Assembly: GCA_964646465.1 (NCBI GenBank)
Contig: CAZYEN010000029.1
Location: 2,670 to 66,669 of the forward strand
Origin: an uncultured Candidatus Saccharibacteria bacterium
Lineage (GTDB): Bacteria > Patescibacteriota > Minisyncoccia > SW-4-49-11
Direction: 5' to 3'
Length of the DNA stretch: 64,000 nucleotides
Shown: piece after piece, positions 19,208 to 28,793 of the stretch
Layout: each line of letters starts with the position of its first letter
Numbering within the stretch: the first letter of the stretch is position 1
Position numbers and translations under genes: made by a program
The notes under the pieces: generated by a model
Told to the model about the DNA's origin: nothing
The model's database searches: none
Seen by the model: the letters and a program-made list of their open reading frames with translations, nothing else

Positions 19208-19285
19208 TAAATAATTTATCATAAAAAATAACAACAGTCAATAATTTGTATGGGATAAGAATGAAGTATAGTAGAGTAGATATTA

Positions 19286-19313
19286 ATTTAACATAATGGC
19301 TTTTACGCACCTT
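19286..19313 (-). other. dif-like XerC/XerD recombination site
   Basis: AAGGTGCGTAA-AAGCCA-TTATGTTAAAT; the XerD arm is identical to E. coli dif and the inner TAA-N6-TTA is kept. Confidence 0.75.
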
Positions 19314-19345
19314 AAGACGGAGTTAGAATTTAGATTTGAACTATT

Positions 19346-19440
19346 TCACCCCCCTTTTTTTAGGAGGGGGTGCCTGAAAGGTAGGGGGTGGATTGCTTTT
19401 TGTCTCCCTTAGGAGGGAGTACCCGTAGGGGGAGGGAGGA
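19346..19440 (+). repeat. Two tandem copies of a GC-rich multi-hairpin REP-like element (family X)
   Basis: cccc..aggagggg.tgcctgaaagg.gggg.gg and ctcccttaggagggagtacccgtagggggagggagg; 19398-19440 is 41/43 identical to the reverse complement of 30903-30945. Confidence 0.8.
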
Positions 19441-19496
19441 CAGAAAGCATTCATAATTTACAATTTATAACTTTATTATCTCATCTAGTGCCAATA

Positions 19497-19525
19497 TTGA
19501 CAAAATATATTATTCCTGTTAATAT
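19497..19525 (+). promoter_or_regulatory. sigma70 promoter TTGACA-17-TAATAT facing the mazF 3' end
   Basis: ttgaca-aaatatattattcctgt-taatat, with no + strand ORF downstream. Confidence 0.65.
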
Positions 19526-19531
19526 ATTTTC

Positions 19532-19582
19532 ATATTCTACATATGTAGCGTCCCCCCTAGAGATAGGGGGCTTTCTTTTTAT
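19532..19582 (+). ncRNA. Predicted ~50-nt small RNA convergent with mazF
   Basis: Promoter above; ctaca-ta-tgtag mini hairpin, then cccccta-gaga-taggggg and ctttcttttt terminator. Confidence 0.5.
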
Positions 19583-19980
19583 AATTTATATAATTTTTTA
19601 AATTGAGCTTTTATTTTTTTAGTGTCATTAACATCAATTCTACCAATTTTATTTTGTAGTCTTCTATAATCAATTACTCTAATTTGATGTAGACAAGCGA
19701 CCATATTTAGTTCTTTATGAATGAAATGTACAAACCAAGATCCAGATTTTATTTTGGTTGAAGTTGGTATAATTAAAAAGGTATGGGGAGAGAGTTTTTT
19801 GAAAATAATAACTGGTCTTGTATATCTGTTAGATTTACCACTAATTTCAGTCCCGATATTTTCTCCTAAATGAGCCCACCACAAGTCTCTTTCTGAAACA
19901 AAAGGAGGTTTGTGATTATTATTATCTAGTTTTGGTTTTAAAAGGAACCAAGCTTGGAAATTTTTTATAAATGTTTTCAT
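19579..19980 (-). CDS. mazF: PemK/MazF family endoribonuclease toxin with no adjacent protein antitoxin
   Basis: DLWWAHLGENIGTEISGK...RPVII...IPTST...QIRVIDYRRL...IG. Confidence 0.88.
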   Translation of the reverse strand: MKTFIKNFQAWFLLKPKLDNNNHKPPFVSERDLWWAHLGENIGTEISGKSNRYTRPVIIFKKLSPHTFLIIPTSTKIKSGSWFVHFIHKELNMVACLHQIRVIDYRRLQNKIGRIDVNDTKKIKAQFKKLYKL

Positions 19981-20055
19981 ATATATTAGCTACTCTTTTT
20001 ATATTATACCTTTAAATAATTTCAAAGTAAAATATAGGAGAGGGAGAGAATATAG

Positions 20056-20100
20056 TTCCACCCCGTCAGTCAAAGCCTGCCACCCCTCAAAAGGGGAATT
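20056..20100 (-). repeat. Family X REP-like element, inverted relative to 19346-19440
   Basis: Reverse complement aattccccttttgaggggtggcaggctttgactgacggggtggaa. Confidence 0.7.
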
Positions 20101-20110
20101 CTAAAATAAT

Positions 20111-20133
20111 GTCGGCGAGGGCACCGACTCTAC
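20111..20133 (-). repeat. GTAG-type REP
   Basis: GTAG-A-GTCGG-TGCCCTCG-CCGAC. Confidence 0.6.
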
Positions 20134-20158
20134 GAATTCATCATTTACAATTATTCTC

Positions 20159-20773
20159 CTACAATCCCAAAATTTCTTTGACTTTCATTATGGTGACTTT
20201 TTCTTGGCGGGTGAGTTCGTCTAGGGAGTTTTGGATGGATTTGAGATTGGTTTTCATCTCGGGGATGATGACATATTCTAGGGCATTGACTCGTCTTCTG
20301 GTGGCTTCTATTTCCTCAGCTAATAGCCTGGCGGTGAATTCTATCTCAGCTAATTTTACTAACAGGGGTAGTATATTTTGGATTGTTAAGAGGGATTGGT
20401 CTAAATCTTTGGGTGTGCCTAAAGTTCCATATTGGAAGGGGTCTCCTTGTAAATGAGGGATTATATGTGGGATGGTCACTCCCATAATAGATTTTTTTTG
20501 TAATTCTAGATAGGTCTTGGCTTGGGAGAGATGGATTAGTTCATTGATAGCTTCGGTTGAAATTTTGGTCTGAGCGAATTGAAATAATTGTATTGCTTCT
20601 ACAATTTTGGGAGTTAATTCTCCTCTTAGCTTGATTACTTCTTGGATAATGGCTAAAAACTCTTGTATTAGTCCATCTCTTTTGTCGGTGAGCAAACCAT
20701 GTCCACGAGAAGCGGTTTTAATCTTCTTTTTGAGCTTGAGGGCTTCTTGTCTGGTCGGTTTGACGGCAGGCAT
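20159..20773 (-). CDS. atpD: V/A-type ATPase subunit D
   Basis: KPTRQE...RGHGLLTDKRDGL...TRRRVNALEY. Confidence 0.93.
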   Translation of the reverse strand: MPAVKPTRQEALKLKKKIKTASRGHGLLTDKRDGLIQEFLAIIQEVIKLRGELTPKIVEAIQLFQFAQTKISTEAINELIHLSQAKTYLELQKKSIMGVTIPHIIPHLQGDPFQYGTLGTPKDLDQSLLTIQNILPLLVKLAEIEFTARLLAEEIEATRRRVNALEYVIIPEMKTNLKSIQNSLDELTRQEKVTIMKVKEILGL

Positions 20774-20775
20774 AT

Positions 20776-22161
20776 TTATTTGGAATACTTATCTATAAAT
20801 TCGGGCTTGATTTTCTTTAGTTCTTTTCTCGGTAATATTGATAATAATTCCCAAGACAAATCTAAGGTGTCTAGAATGGTTCGGTTTTCTCGTCTTCCTT
20901 GCCTTATATATCTACTCTCAAATGCTTCAGCGAATTTGATATAGGCTTTATCTGTCTCTGATAGGGCTGATTCTCCTAGGATTAAGGCTAATTCCTTGAT
21001 TTCCATACCTTTGGCATAGGAGGAGGCCATTTGCTCTTTGACGGCGGATAAATCTTCTCGGCTGTATTTTTTATCTACGCCAATTCGGGATAATGATCCA
21101 ATTGGTTGGATTGGAGGGTATATTCCTTGATTATGTAGCTCTCTATTGACCATAATTTGGCCTTCTGTGATGTATCCGGTTAAATCTGGTATTGGATGCT
21201 GCTTATCATCATCTGGCATTGTAAGGATAGGGATTTGGGTGAGTGACCCTGTGGATCCTTTGACTATTCCTGCTCTTTCATACAGGGTTGCAAGGTCGGT
21301 ATATAGATATCCTGGATATCCTCGTCTTCCTGGAATTTCTTTTCTAGAGGCTGAGACTTCTCGGAGGGCATCAGCATAATTGGTCATATCTGTTAGGATG
21401 ACTAATACATGCATATTCTTCTCAAAGGCTAAGTATTCTCCTAGAGTGAGAGCTAATCTTGGTAGGGTAATTCGCTCTACAATTGGGTCGCTAGCGGTGT
21501 TGATAAACAAAGCTGCTCTCTCCATCGCTCCGGTTTTTTCAAATGAGTCTATGAAGAATTGAGCTTCTTCAAAGGTGACTCCCATAGCTGCAAAGATTAC
21601 TACGAAAGGTTCTTCGGCTTTGACTAAATCTGTTCCATTTTGTAGGGCTACAACTTGGGCTTGTTCAGCAATTTGGGTGGCTATTTCAGAATGTGGTAGT
21701 CCTGACCCTGAGAAAATAGGTAGTTTTTGTCCTCTTACTAGGGCATTTAGTCCGTCTATGGTGGAGATTCCAGTTTGAATAAATTCACTAGGGAATTGTC
21801 GCATTCCTGGATTGATAGGGGAGCCATTGATGTCTAGATATTTCTCAGCGATTATTTCTGGTCCGCCGTCTTTGACTTTACCAGCTCCTGTGAATACTCG
21901 TCCTAACATACTGTCTGAGACTCCAAATTTGAGAGTTTCTCCTAAGAAGGCTATCTCGGCATTCTTTACATCTAATCCGTCGGTACTAGTGAATAACTGT
22001 ACTACAGCGGTGTCTTTGCTGGCTTCTAGTACTCGTCCTTGTCGGATTTGTCCTTTTGAGTCTCTAATTTCCACCATTTCCTCGAAGGCAACTTGTGGGA
22101 CTTTCTCAACTACGACTAGGGGTCCGGCAATTTCTTTGATTGTGTTATACCATTTCTTCAT
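20776..22161 (-). CDS. atpB: V/A-type ATPase subunit B
   Basis: [29 protein letters not shown]. Confidence 0.96.
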   Translation of the reverse strand: MKKWYNTIKEIAGPLVVVEKVPQVAFEEMVEIRDSKGQIRQGRVLEASKDTAVVQLFTSTDGLDVKNAEIAFLGETLKFGVSDSMLGRVFTGAGKVKDGGPEIIAEKYLDINGSPINPGMRQFPSEFIQTGISTIDGLNALVRGQKLPIFSGSGLPHSEIATQIAEQAQVVALQNGTDLVKAEEPFVVIFAAMGVTFEEAQFFIDSFEKTGAMERAALFINTASDPIVERITLPRLALTLGEYLAFEKNMHVLVILTDMTNYADALREVSASRKEIPGRRGYPGYLYTDLATLYERAGIVKGSTGSLTQIPILTMPDDDKQHPIPDLTGYITEGQIMVNRELHNQGIYPPIQPIGSLSRIGVDKKYSREDLSAVKEQMASSYAKGMEIKELALILGESALSETDKAYIKFAEAFESRYIRQGRRENRTILDTLDLSWELLSILPRKELKKIKPEFIDKYSK

Positions 22162-22170
22162 ATAATTATC

Positions 22171-23985
22171 CTAAATTCCACTTATTACTTTATTGATACC
22201 AAAGTCCTCGGATTTATCATTATCTTTGAGATTTTGAATTGTGCTTGAGATATTTTCTATTAGAGACACTATATTCTCAATGTCTGATTCTGGAGTATTT
22301 TTGAGTCTAGCAATTTCTTCACGAATTGGTAGGTCTAGGATATCATTTATCTCAATTTGAGGATTATTTTTGGCGGTTTCAGTGGCTTCATTATGGAAGG
22401 TCATCATTGCTTTTAGCATCAAATACATTTTACGAGTTGAGGCAAAGGCATCAATTTCATCAAAGGCATTTTGTTGTAGATAATCTTCTCGAAGTCCTCG
22501 AGCTGTATCTAGGAGTATTTTCTCAGAGGTAGATAGGGCGTCCATTCCTACTAATTTTATAATATCGTCTAGCTCATTTTCTTTCTGTAAAATTTGCATT
22601 GCTAAATCTCTTAGGTCTTTCCAATCTGAATCAGTTGCATTGATGAAATATTCTTCTACATTATCTTTGTATAGGCTATAACTATTGAGCCAATGAATAG
22701 ATGGAAAATGTTTTTTGGCGGCTAGAGATGCATCTAATCCCCAAAAAGCTTTGGTCACTTTAAGAGTGGCTTGGCTAACTGGTTCAGATAAGTCTCCACC
22801 TGGAGGTGATACGGCTGCAATGATAGTGGCTGACCCAATTCTTTCTTCTGTTCCTAATGTGCTGACTATTCCGGCTCTTTCATAAAAGGCTGAAATTCTA
22901 GATCCAAGATAGGCAGGATATCCTTCTTCTCCTGGCATTTCTTCTAGTCTTCCTGACATTTCTCGCATAGCTTCTGCCCAACGAGAGGTTGAATCGGCCA
23001 TCATAGCTACATTGTATCCCATATCTCGATAGTATTCAGCTAAGGTAATACCTGTATAAACTGAGGCTTCACGAGCTGCGATTGGCATATTGGAGGTATT
23101 GGCAACTAAAATCGTTCTTTCCATCAAAGGTCGTCCAGATTTTGGATCTTTAAGGTGTGGAAATTCTACCAATACATCGGTAATTTCATTTCCTCTCTCT
23201 CCACAACCTACATAAACTACAATATCTGCATCTGACCATTTTGCTAATTGATGTTGAATAACTGTTTTTCCAGCTCCGAATGGTCCTGGTACGGCGGCTG
23301 CTCCTCCTTTTGGAATTGGGAAGAATGTATCTATAATTCTTTGTTGAGTTATTAGTGGAGTAGTTGGCACTTGTTTTGCTTTGTATGGTCTTGGGGTTCT
23401 AACTGGCCATTTGTGCATTAATTGGACTGGGTTTTCTCCAATTGTAGCTATTGTCTCGGTAATTGTGAATTCTCCTGCCTTGATATCCTTAACTTCTCCC
23501 TCTACTCCAAATGGAACTAAAATCTTATGAGTAATTAACTCGGTCTCTTGTACTGTACCTAATATGTCTCCAGTGGTTACAGAGTCTCCTTTTTTGACTA
23601 ATGGCTTAAATTCCCATTTCATCTCTCTGTCTAGGCTAGGAGCGGTTAAACCTCTTGCAATATATTCAGCATTCAATCCTTGGGCAGCTGCTTTCTCAGC
23701 AATTACATTTAGAGGTCGTAAAATTCCATCAAATAATCCAGAGGTCAAAAGTCCTGGGCCTAATTCAATACTAAGGGGCTCTCCAGTTGAGACAACAGGC
23801 TCTCCTACGATTAGACCAGAGGTGTCCTCATAGACTTGAATGGAGGCTGTATCACCTTTTAATTCAATGATTTCCCCCATTAATTCTAGATTTCCAACTT
23901 TCACTAAATCATACATTTTAGCTCCTTTCATGGAGTCTGCGATAACTAGTGGTCCTGAGATTTTGATGATAATTCCGGTATTCAT
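22171..23985 (-). CDS. atpA: V/A-type ATPase catalytic subunit A
   Basis: [28 protein letters not shown]; ATG 23985 preferred. Confidence 0.96.
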   Translation of the reverse strand: MNTGIIIKISGPLVIADSMKGAKMYDLVKVGNLELMGEIIELKGDTASIQVYEDTSGLIVGEPVVSTGEPLSIELGPGLLTSGLFDGILRPLNVIAEKAAAQGLNAEYIARGLTAPSLDREMKWEFKPLVKKGDSVTTGDILGTVQETELITHKILVPFGVEGEVKDIKAGEFTITETIATIGENPVQLMHKWPVRTPRPYKAKQVPTTPLITQQRIIDTFFPIPKGGAAAVPGPFGAGKTVIQHQLAKWSDADIVVYVGCGERGNEITDVLVEFPHLKDPKSGRPLMERTILVANTSNMPIAAREASVYTGITLAEYYRDMGYNVAMMADSTSRWAEAMREMSGRLEEMPGEEGYPAYLGSRISAFYERAGIVSTLGTEERIGSATIIAAVSPPGGDLSEPVSQATLKVTKAFWGLDASLAAKKHFPSIHWLNSYSLYKDNVEEYFINATDSDWKDLRDLAMQILQKENELDDIIKLVGMDALSTSEKILLDTARGLREDYLQQNAFDEIDAFASTRKMYLMLKAMMTFHNEATETAKNNPQIEINDILDLPIREEIARLKNTPESDIENIVSLIENISSTIQNLKDNDKSEDFGINKVISGI

Positions 23986-23999
23986 AGTAATTAGTTTAA

Positions 24000-24323
24000 T
24001 CAAGAGTTGAATAATTTGTCTAGGCTCATACCTACGGCTTTCTCGGTCAGCTGCTTTAGCTCCTCAACAGAGTTGCTATCTGAGCTAATAGGTAGCTGTG
24101 ATATAGGTATATTGAGGGAATTGAGAACTTTTCTTTGCTTGGTAGATAATATAATGTTGGATGCTATAAAGATAATTGCGTACATCTCTGCATCTTTCTG
24201 GATATTAGCTATTATCTGATCTATTTCCAAGTCATCACTATTCAAAGTTTCAAAACCAAATAGTTTAAATAGTAGTGTTATTTCAGTATCAGCGATTAGA
24301 GCTGGCTTTTTATAGTCTATCAT
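24000..24323 (-). CDS. atpF: V/A-type ATPase subunit F
   Basis: ALIAD...FKLFG...EKAVG; operon position. Confidence 0.8.
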   Translation of the reverse strand: MIDYKKPALIADTEITLLFKLFGFETLNSDDLEIDQIIANIQKDAEMYAIIFIASNIILSTKQRKVLNSLNIPISQLPISSDSNSVEELKQLTEKAVGMSLDKLFNS

Positions 24324-25258
24324 ATATTGGAATAATCTATAAATCTTAATTGAGCCTGTTTAGAATCAATTTGTTTGGAGTGGTGTAGAATCAATAATTT
24401 AAAGTTAGTAATTGTATATTGGAGCCTCTCGGTATATTGTATAATTCTATCCCCAGACATCCCTGTAAATTGAGCTTTACTTAAGGCTTTGATCTCATTT
24501 TTAATAAGGGTGTTTTCAATGTTTATTGTGTTAATATCTACCGGAGCTAGATTTAGATATTGGCCTATATCTCCTAACACATCTCCAAAACCAAAGCTTT
24601 TTACAGCATTTATAGCCAGACTTCCCTGAATAGGTAATAAATGTCTTAATATATGTTCTTTTGACTGTCCTTTTTGAGTTCTTGTTAAAACATTGAGTAG
24701 GGTATAGCTATCTATTTTAGCTAATATAAAATCCTTCATTATATCACTACTTCTGTTTAGGTTTTCAAATAGTAGAGTTAAAAATATTTCTTCTAAATAA
24801 GAGATTAGGCTAAAGCTATCTTGTGAGTGAATAAGTTTTTCCTCTTTGGCTAATAATTTAGACTTGAACTGTGCAGAATAATATAGTTTATCAGAGACTT
24901 CAGTTAGAATTTGTTCAAACCCTTTCTCTCCAAGTGTCTCCCCATAAATAGTTTTATTAATAGATAGTGTTTTGAGTTTTTCAAAGTCTTGAGACATCTT
25001 GAGATAAATAAAGGGGGCAGAGTTCTCTGGCAAAAGGGATAGGATTTCTGTTATTTGTTGGTGATAATACTGATTGAGTTTATTTATTAAATTTTCTAAA
25101 TTGAGTTCGGCTAGACCAAAGGACTCTCGAATTGTATTTAGAATTACTTCGATACTATCAGTTACTAAAAGTGCTTTAGTCGTATTAGACTCAGGTAAAT
25201 AACTTAGTCTAGTTACGTATCTACTAGTTACACCAATTAGAGGGACTTGTAAACTCAT
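24320..25258 (-). CDS. atpC: V/A-type ATPase subunit C/d (divergent)
   Basis: Size, operon position, AKIDSYTL and ITNFKLLI segments. Confidence 0.7.
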   Translation of the reverse strand: MSLQVPLIGVTSRYVTRLSYLPESNTTKALLVTDSIEVILNTIRESFGLAELNLENLINKLNQYYHQQITEILSLLPENSAPFIYLKMSQDFEKLKTLSINKTIYGETLGEKGFEQILTEVSDKLYYSAQFKSKLLAKEEKLIHSQDSFSLISYLEEIFLTLLFENLNRSSDIMKDFILAKIDSYTLLNVLTRTQKGQSKEHILRHLLPIQGSLAINAVKSFGFGDVLGDIGQYLNLAPVDINTINIENTLIKNEIKALSKAQFTGMSGDRIIQYTERLQYTITNFKLLILHHSKQIDSKQAQLRFIDYSNI

Positions 25259-25791
25259 ATTTCCTTCATTATGGCAGGTAGTGTTTTTTGTTTTACTTTA
25301 TCAAGAATATCCTCTACAGTAATTTCTAAATTCACCTCATCTAATTTAGCAGTGATGGCTCCTAAGTTAGAGCCTTGTTCTAGGTTATTTTTTTTATACC
25401 CTAGACTTTGAGTAATGCTTGCTAATTCTTTAGAGTAGTTGCCACTTATATTTAAAGTTGTAGAATTGGGGATATCTTTTAATATCTTTTGGATTGAGTC
25501 TTTTACAAAGTTTGAGTTTATAATCTCTGGTATTATATCCTTATAAATAGAGTTAAGTTGAGTTTGGATTGAATAACCGTAGTTAAACTTTTGAGTTTTA
25601 CTTTGTTGAAATTTATGGAAATTAATTTGAGTTGCCACTGCCTCGTCAATTTTCTCGGCATGTATTTTTTTAGTCTCAGATACGACTCTGTCCCAAGTGT
25701 TTTTAGTCTCTTTTAACTCTGCTTGATACTGAGCCTCTAACTTCTTAACATCTTTATTTATCTGAGATTGTATTGAATCTGCTAAAGTCAT
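25255..25791 (-). CDS. atpE: V/A-type ATPase subunit E (divergent)
   Basis: N-terminal coiled coil, LGAI segment, operon position. Confidence 0.7.
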   Translation of the reverse strand: MTLADSIQSQINKDVKKLEAQYQAELKETKNTWDRVVSETKKIHAEKIDEAVATQINFHKFQQSKTQKFNYGYSIQTQLNSIYKDIIPEIINSNFVKDSIQKILKDIPNSTTLNISGNYSKELASITQSLGYKKNNLEQGSNLGAITAKLDEVNLEITVEDILDKVKQKTLPAIMKEI

Positions 25792-25792
25792 A

Positions 25793-26272
25793 TTATCCTA
25801 CTGATACTCCGTTAATAATCAAAATAGAAACTAGAAGTCCGAACACAGCGAAAGTCTCTACCAAGGCTGCTAGAATAATAACTTGTCCAATTTTAGATTT
25901 ATCTCTAGAAATTAACTGTACACCACTGGCGATTACATCTCCTTGATATTTACCTGAAGCTAAACAAGTAAGTCCGACTGGAATTCCTGCAAAAGCCAAA
26001 ATCATACCGTTCTGCCAACTTAAATTTGCAAATTCACCAGATAAAACTCCTGTGTTTTGTAAAATCAGCACAGCTGCCAAAAGTCCATAGATGGCCTGGG
26101 ATCCTGGAAGAGCAGACAACAAAAGCACATTCCCAAATTGAGAATCATCTTCCGCTACCAATCCTGCTCCGGTTTTTCCTGCTGTAGATACTCCAATAGA
26201 TGAACCAGCACCAGCCAATCCTGCTGCAAGGGCTGCTCCTAATACTGCTAAACTTACTCCTAATATTTCCAT
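25793..26272 (-). CDS. atpK: V/A-type ATPase proteolipid K/c (4 TM, single Glu)
   Basis: GAGSSIG, ALPGSQAIYG, YQG, ALVETFA; ATG 26272. Confidence 0.93.
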   Translation of the reverse strand: MEILGVSLAVLGAALAAGLAGAGSSIGVSTAGKTGAGLVAEDDSQFGNVLLLSALPGSQAIYGLLAAVLILQNTGVLSGEFANLSWQNGMILAFAGIPVGLTCLASGKYQGDVIASGVQLISRDKSKIGQVIILAALVETFAVFGLLVSILIINGVSVG

Positions 26273-26376
26273 ATTTTCAACTTTAACTCTTATATAAGGG
26301 ACACTCATTGTTTACTGGTATCCTTTTCACTATACTCCTAATTTAACCTATGAATACAGTGAAAGAGATCACAGTA

Positions 26377-28413
26377 TTATTCAATAACACTGTACTCTTG
26401 GGATCTTGTTACTACTTGCAGTGGTCTTCCTCCAGATTGGAAGAATTTGCTGAAAAACTCTACAAAGTGTAGCCTACCAACATTGATGTAAGTACCTAAT
26501 ACATTAAGAGCTATATTAAATACATTTCCAGCTACGAATATAATTGTCATAATTATATATCCAATTATTACCCAAGCTCCACCTTTTTCTACAAACCCAC
26601 TTCCTGCTAAGTTTGCTAAAGTACCAACTACTCCTGCAATAATTCCAGTAGCAAGGCCTAGAGCTACCAACCTAGTATAGGATAGTATGTCAGATAGATA
26701 TCCTACCACTCCAAAAAAGACATCGTAAGCTCCTTTTCCAAATTTAGCAAAAATGGATTTCATTTCTCTTCCCAAAAGATATATCATCACAAATATATAG
26801 GCTATATATACATATAGTAGGGGATCAATTAATAATTTTAGGCCATCTCCTAACAACTCCATATTAATTAAAATTAGGAATATTCCGAATATTAGAGCTC
26901 CGGCCCATAGAATTGAATCTAGACTGGCATCTAAAAAAGATTTAGAGTTATAAGCTTGAACTATATTGAGCACCAAACCAAATAGTAAATGTACTATTCC
27001 AAGAACGATTGTGAATCCCATTAAAGCGATAACACTATCCATTGGGTTAAGAATCTGCATCTTTTGTAAGAGAGGAATCAAACCAATGTTGATTAGAAAT
27101 TTCATATGTGGTGAGGCTGTAGCAGGATCTACAACATCTGGTGTAATCCCAAACCAACTACCAAATAAAGCTCCAATAATCAATGTAGAGATAGATGCAA
27201 TAAATACAACTGCAAAAATATCTCTAATACCTGATTTTAATCTAGGATTAATTAATCCAAGTCCTGTCAAAATAATCAAAATAAGAGCATACCCTGCCTC
27301 AGATAAAGCCAAACCGAACATAAAGGTGAAGAAAATTGCAATAGACAGGGTAGGGTCAATTTTACCGGCTTGTGGATACCCCATGATTTTTGTGACTGTC
27401 TCAAAATGTCTAATTATTGGAAGGTTCTTCAGTATCACTGGACTTGATTCAAAGTTTGCTGGTAACTCAACTACCTTGCCACTATCAGTGATTTTAGATA
27501 CTGATTGTCTGACAGAATCAAATTGTTCTTCATCTACCCATAATTGTATTGATGAGTTTTCTTCGGATTCTGGATTAAATGAATGTAAATAAGAAATTAA
27601 ATTCAGGTGTGAGTTTAGCACGTCAACTAATATAGCTAAATCCTTGAATTTGACGGGCGATTTTTTAAGTTCTCGTCTTAATTTAGTTAATAACTTATTA
27701 TTTGAGTTAAGCTCTTGTTTACTATTGTGATAAATGTCATAGAAAGATCCACTGACTTCGGCTGGGAATTGTATTAATGTTGCTTGATTCTGTATTATGT
27801 CAATGGCAATTTTAACTTGATTCTTCGGTAGTGCTAAAATATATACGTAATCAGTTCCAAGTTTTTTTACGGATTCCAGTACCATAGGAGATACCGCATG
27901 CTCTAATTGTTCTGCTATATAATGTGCTCTAGACTCGTCTATCAAAAATGGTAAAAAGCTAATGTATGAGTATGATTTAAAGATATTTATTTCAATATCT
28001 TTTAATGGTTCAGATTTAGCAATAATGTCCTGTAGAACCTCCTGACGTATTAGTAGGTCATCTTTTAGCTCTGCCTTCTCTACAATCTCCTTAGCCTTTA
28101 TAATAATATTATCTTTTTCTTTATCATAATGTTCAAACACATCTTCAGTTATACTAAATCTATCATCTAGTACGGCAGAAAGCATTGACTTTTTTTCTAA
28201 ATGGTATTCTTTATATACATCTAGAGCTTTATTGACTATATCTAAGTTTTCTAAAATATCTTCTTGTATAGCATGATGTTTCTTAGAAAGTGGTGTTCTT
28301 TCTACTTTTTCTATTATTTCACCAACTTGTTGTTTTTGAAAATATGATAACAGTTCGAGTTGATGTTTGTTAGGAACTGTAACTTGGATTAGTTTAGATG
28401 CTTTAACTCCCAT
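26377..28413 (-). CDS. atpI: V/A-type ATPase subunit I/a
   Basis: IDPT, SDILSYTRLVALGLA, RLHFVEFFSKFF. Confidence 0.93.
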   Translation of the reverse strand: MGVKASKLIQVTVPNKHQLELLSYFQKQQVGEIIEKVERTPLSKKHHAIQEDILENLDIVNKALDVYKEYHLEKKSMLSAVLDDRFSITEDVFEHYDKEKDNIIIKAKEIVEKAELKDDLLIRQEVLQDIIAKSEPLKDIEINIFKSYSYISFLPFLIDESRAHYIAEQLEHAVSPMVLESVKKLGTDYVYILALPKNQVKIAIDIIQNQATLIQFPAEVSGSFYDIYHNSKQELNSNNKLLTKLRRELKKSPVKFKDLAILVDVLNSHLNLISYLHSFNPESEENSSIQLWVDEEQFDSVRQSVSKITDSGKVVELPANFESSPVILKNLPIIRHFETVTKIMGYPQAGKIDPTLSIAIFFTFMFGLALSEAGYALILIILTGLGLINPRLKSGIRDIFAVVFIASISTLIIGALFGSWFGITPDVVDPATASPHMKFLINIGLIPLLQKMQILNPMDSVIALMGFTIVLGIVHLLFGLVLNIVQAYNSKSFLDASLDSILWAGALIFGIFLILINMELLGDGLKLLIDPLLYVYIAYIFVMIYLLGREMKSIFAKFGKGAYDVFFGVVGYLSDILSYTRLVALGLATGIIAGVVGTLANLAGSGFVEKGGAWVIIGYIIMTIIFVAGNVFNIALNVLGTYINVGRLHFVEFFSKFFQSGGRPLQVVTRSQEYSVIE

Positions 28414-28443
28414 ATAAATTTATATATTTACAAAATATGATTA

Positions 28444-28713
28444 TTAATTTAACTGACTTAAAATGATAGCTTTGATTTTTTGAATATCTAGCTTGATATC
28501 AGGTTGTTTAGAATCAGTAGATTGTTTTTCATAAGTAGATAACTTTTCTTCTACAATTTGATTCTTGTTCAAAATCTCTTTTTTTAAAATAGTTACTTTA
28601 TCTTTAGACCGAGTAACATATTCTTGAGATTGGACATTATAGTCTTTTTGTAAAGATTTCTTTTTACTAGCAAAAGACTTTTCAATTTCAATCAACTCAA
28701 CAAGTTTTTTCAT
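28444..28713 (-). CDS. Probable V/A-type ATPase subunit G/H
   Basis: Small charged coiled-coil protein at the head of the operon. Confidence 0.55.
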   Translation of the reverse strand: MKKLVELIEIEKSFASKKKSLQKDYNVQSQEYVTRSKDKVTILKKEILNKNQIVEEKLSTYEKQSTDSKQPDIKLDIQKIKAIILSQLN

Positions 28714-28793
28714 AGGTGTTTATAATTACAACTCATTATAGTCCAGAGAATCACATTTGTCAATTATTTATTTTGTTTTTGTGTCAAATAGAA

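Noticed and set aside
19346-19440. CRISPR array
   Set aside because: Copies are divergent, lack regular spacers, and no cas genes are present
19981-20158. MazE antitoxin upstream of mazF
   Set aside because: Only very short frames (e.g. ATG ATG AAT TCG TAG); the space is occupied by REPs
20109-27592. Plus-strand ORFs over the V-ATPase operon
   Set aside because: Antisense shadows of conserved genes
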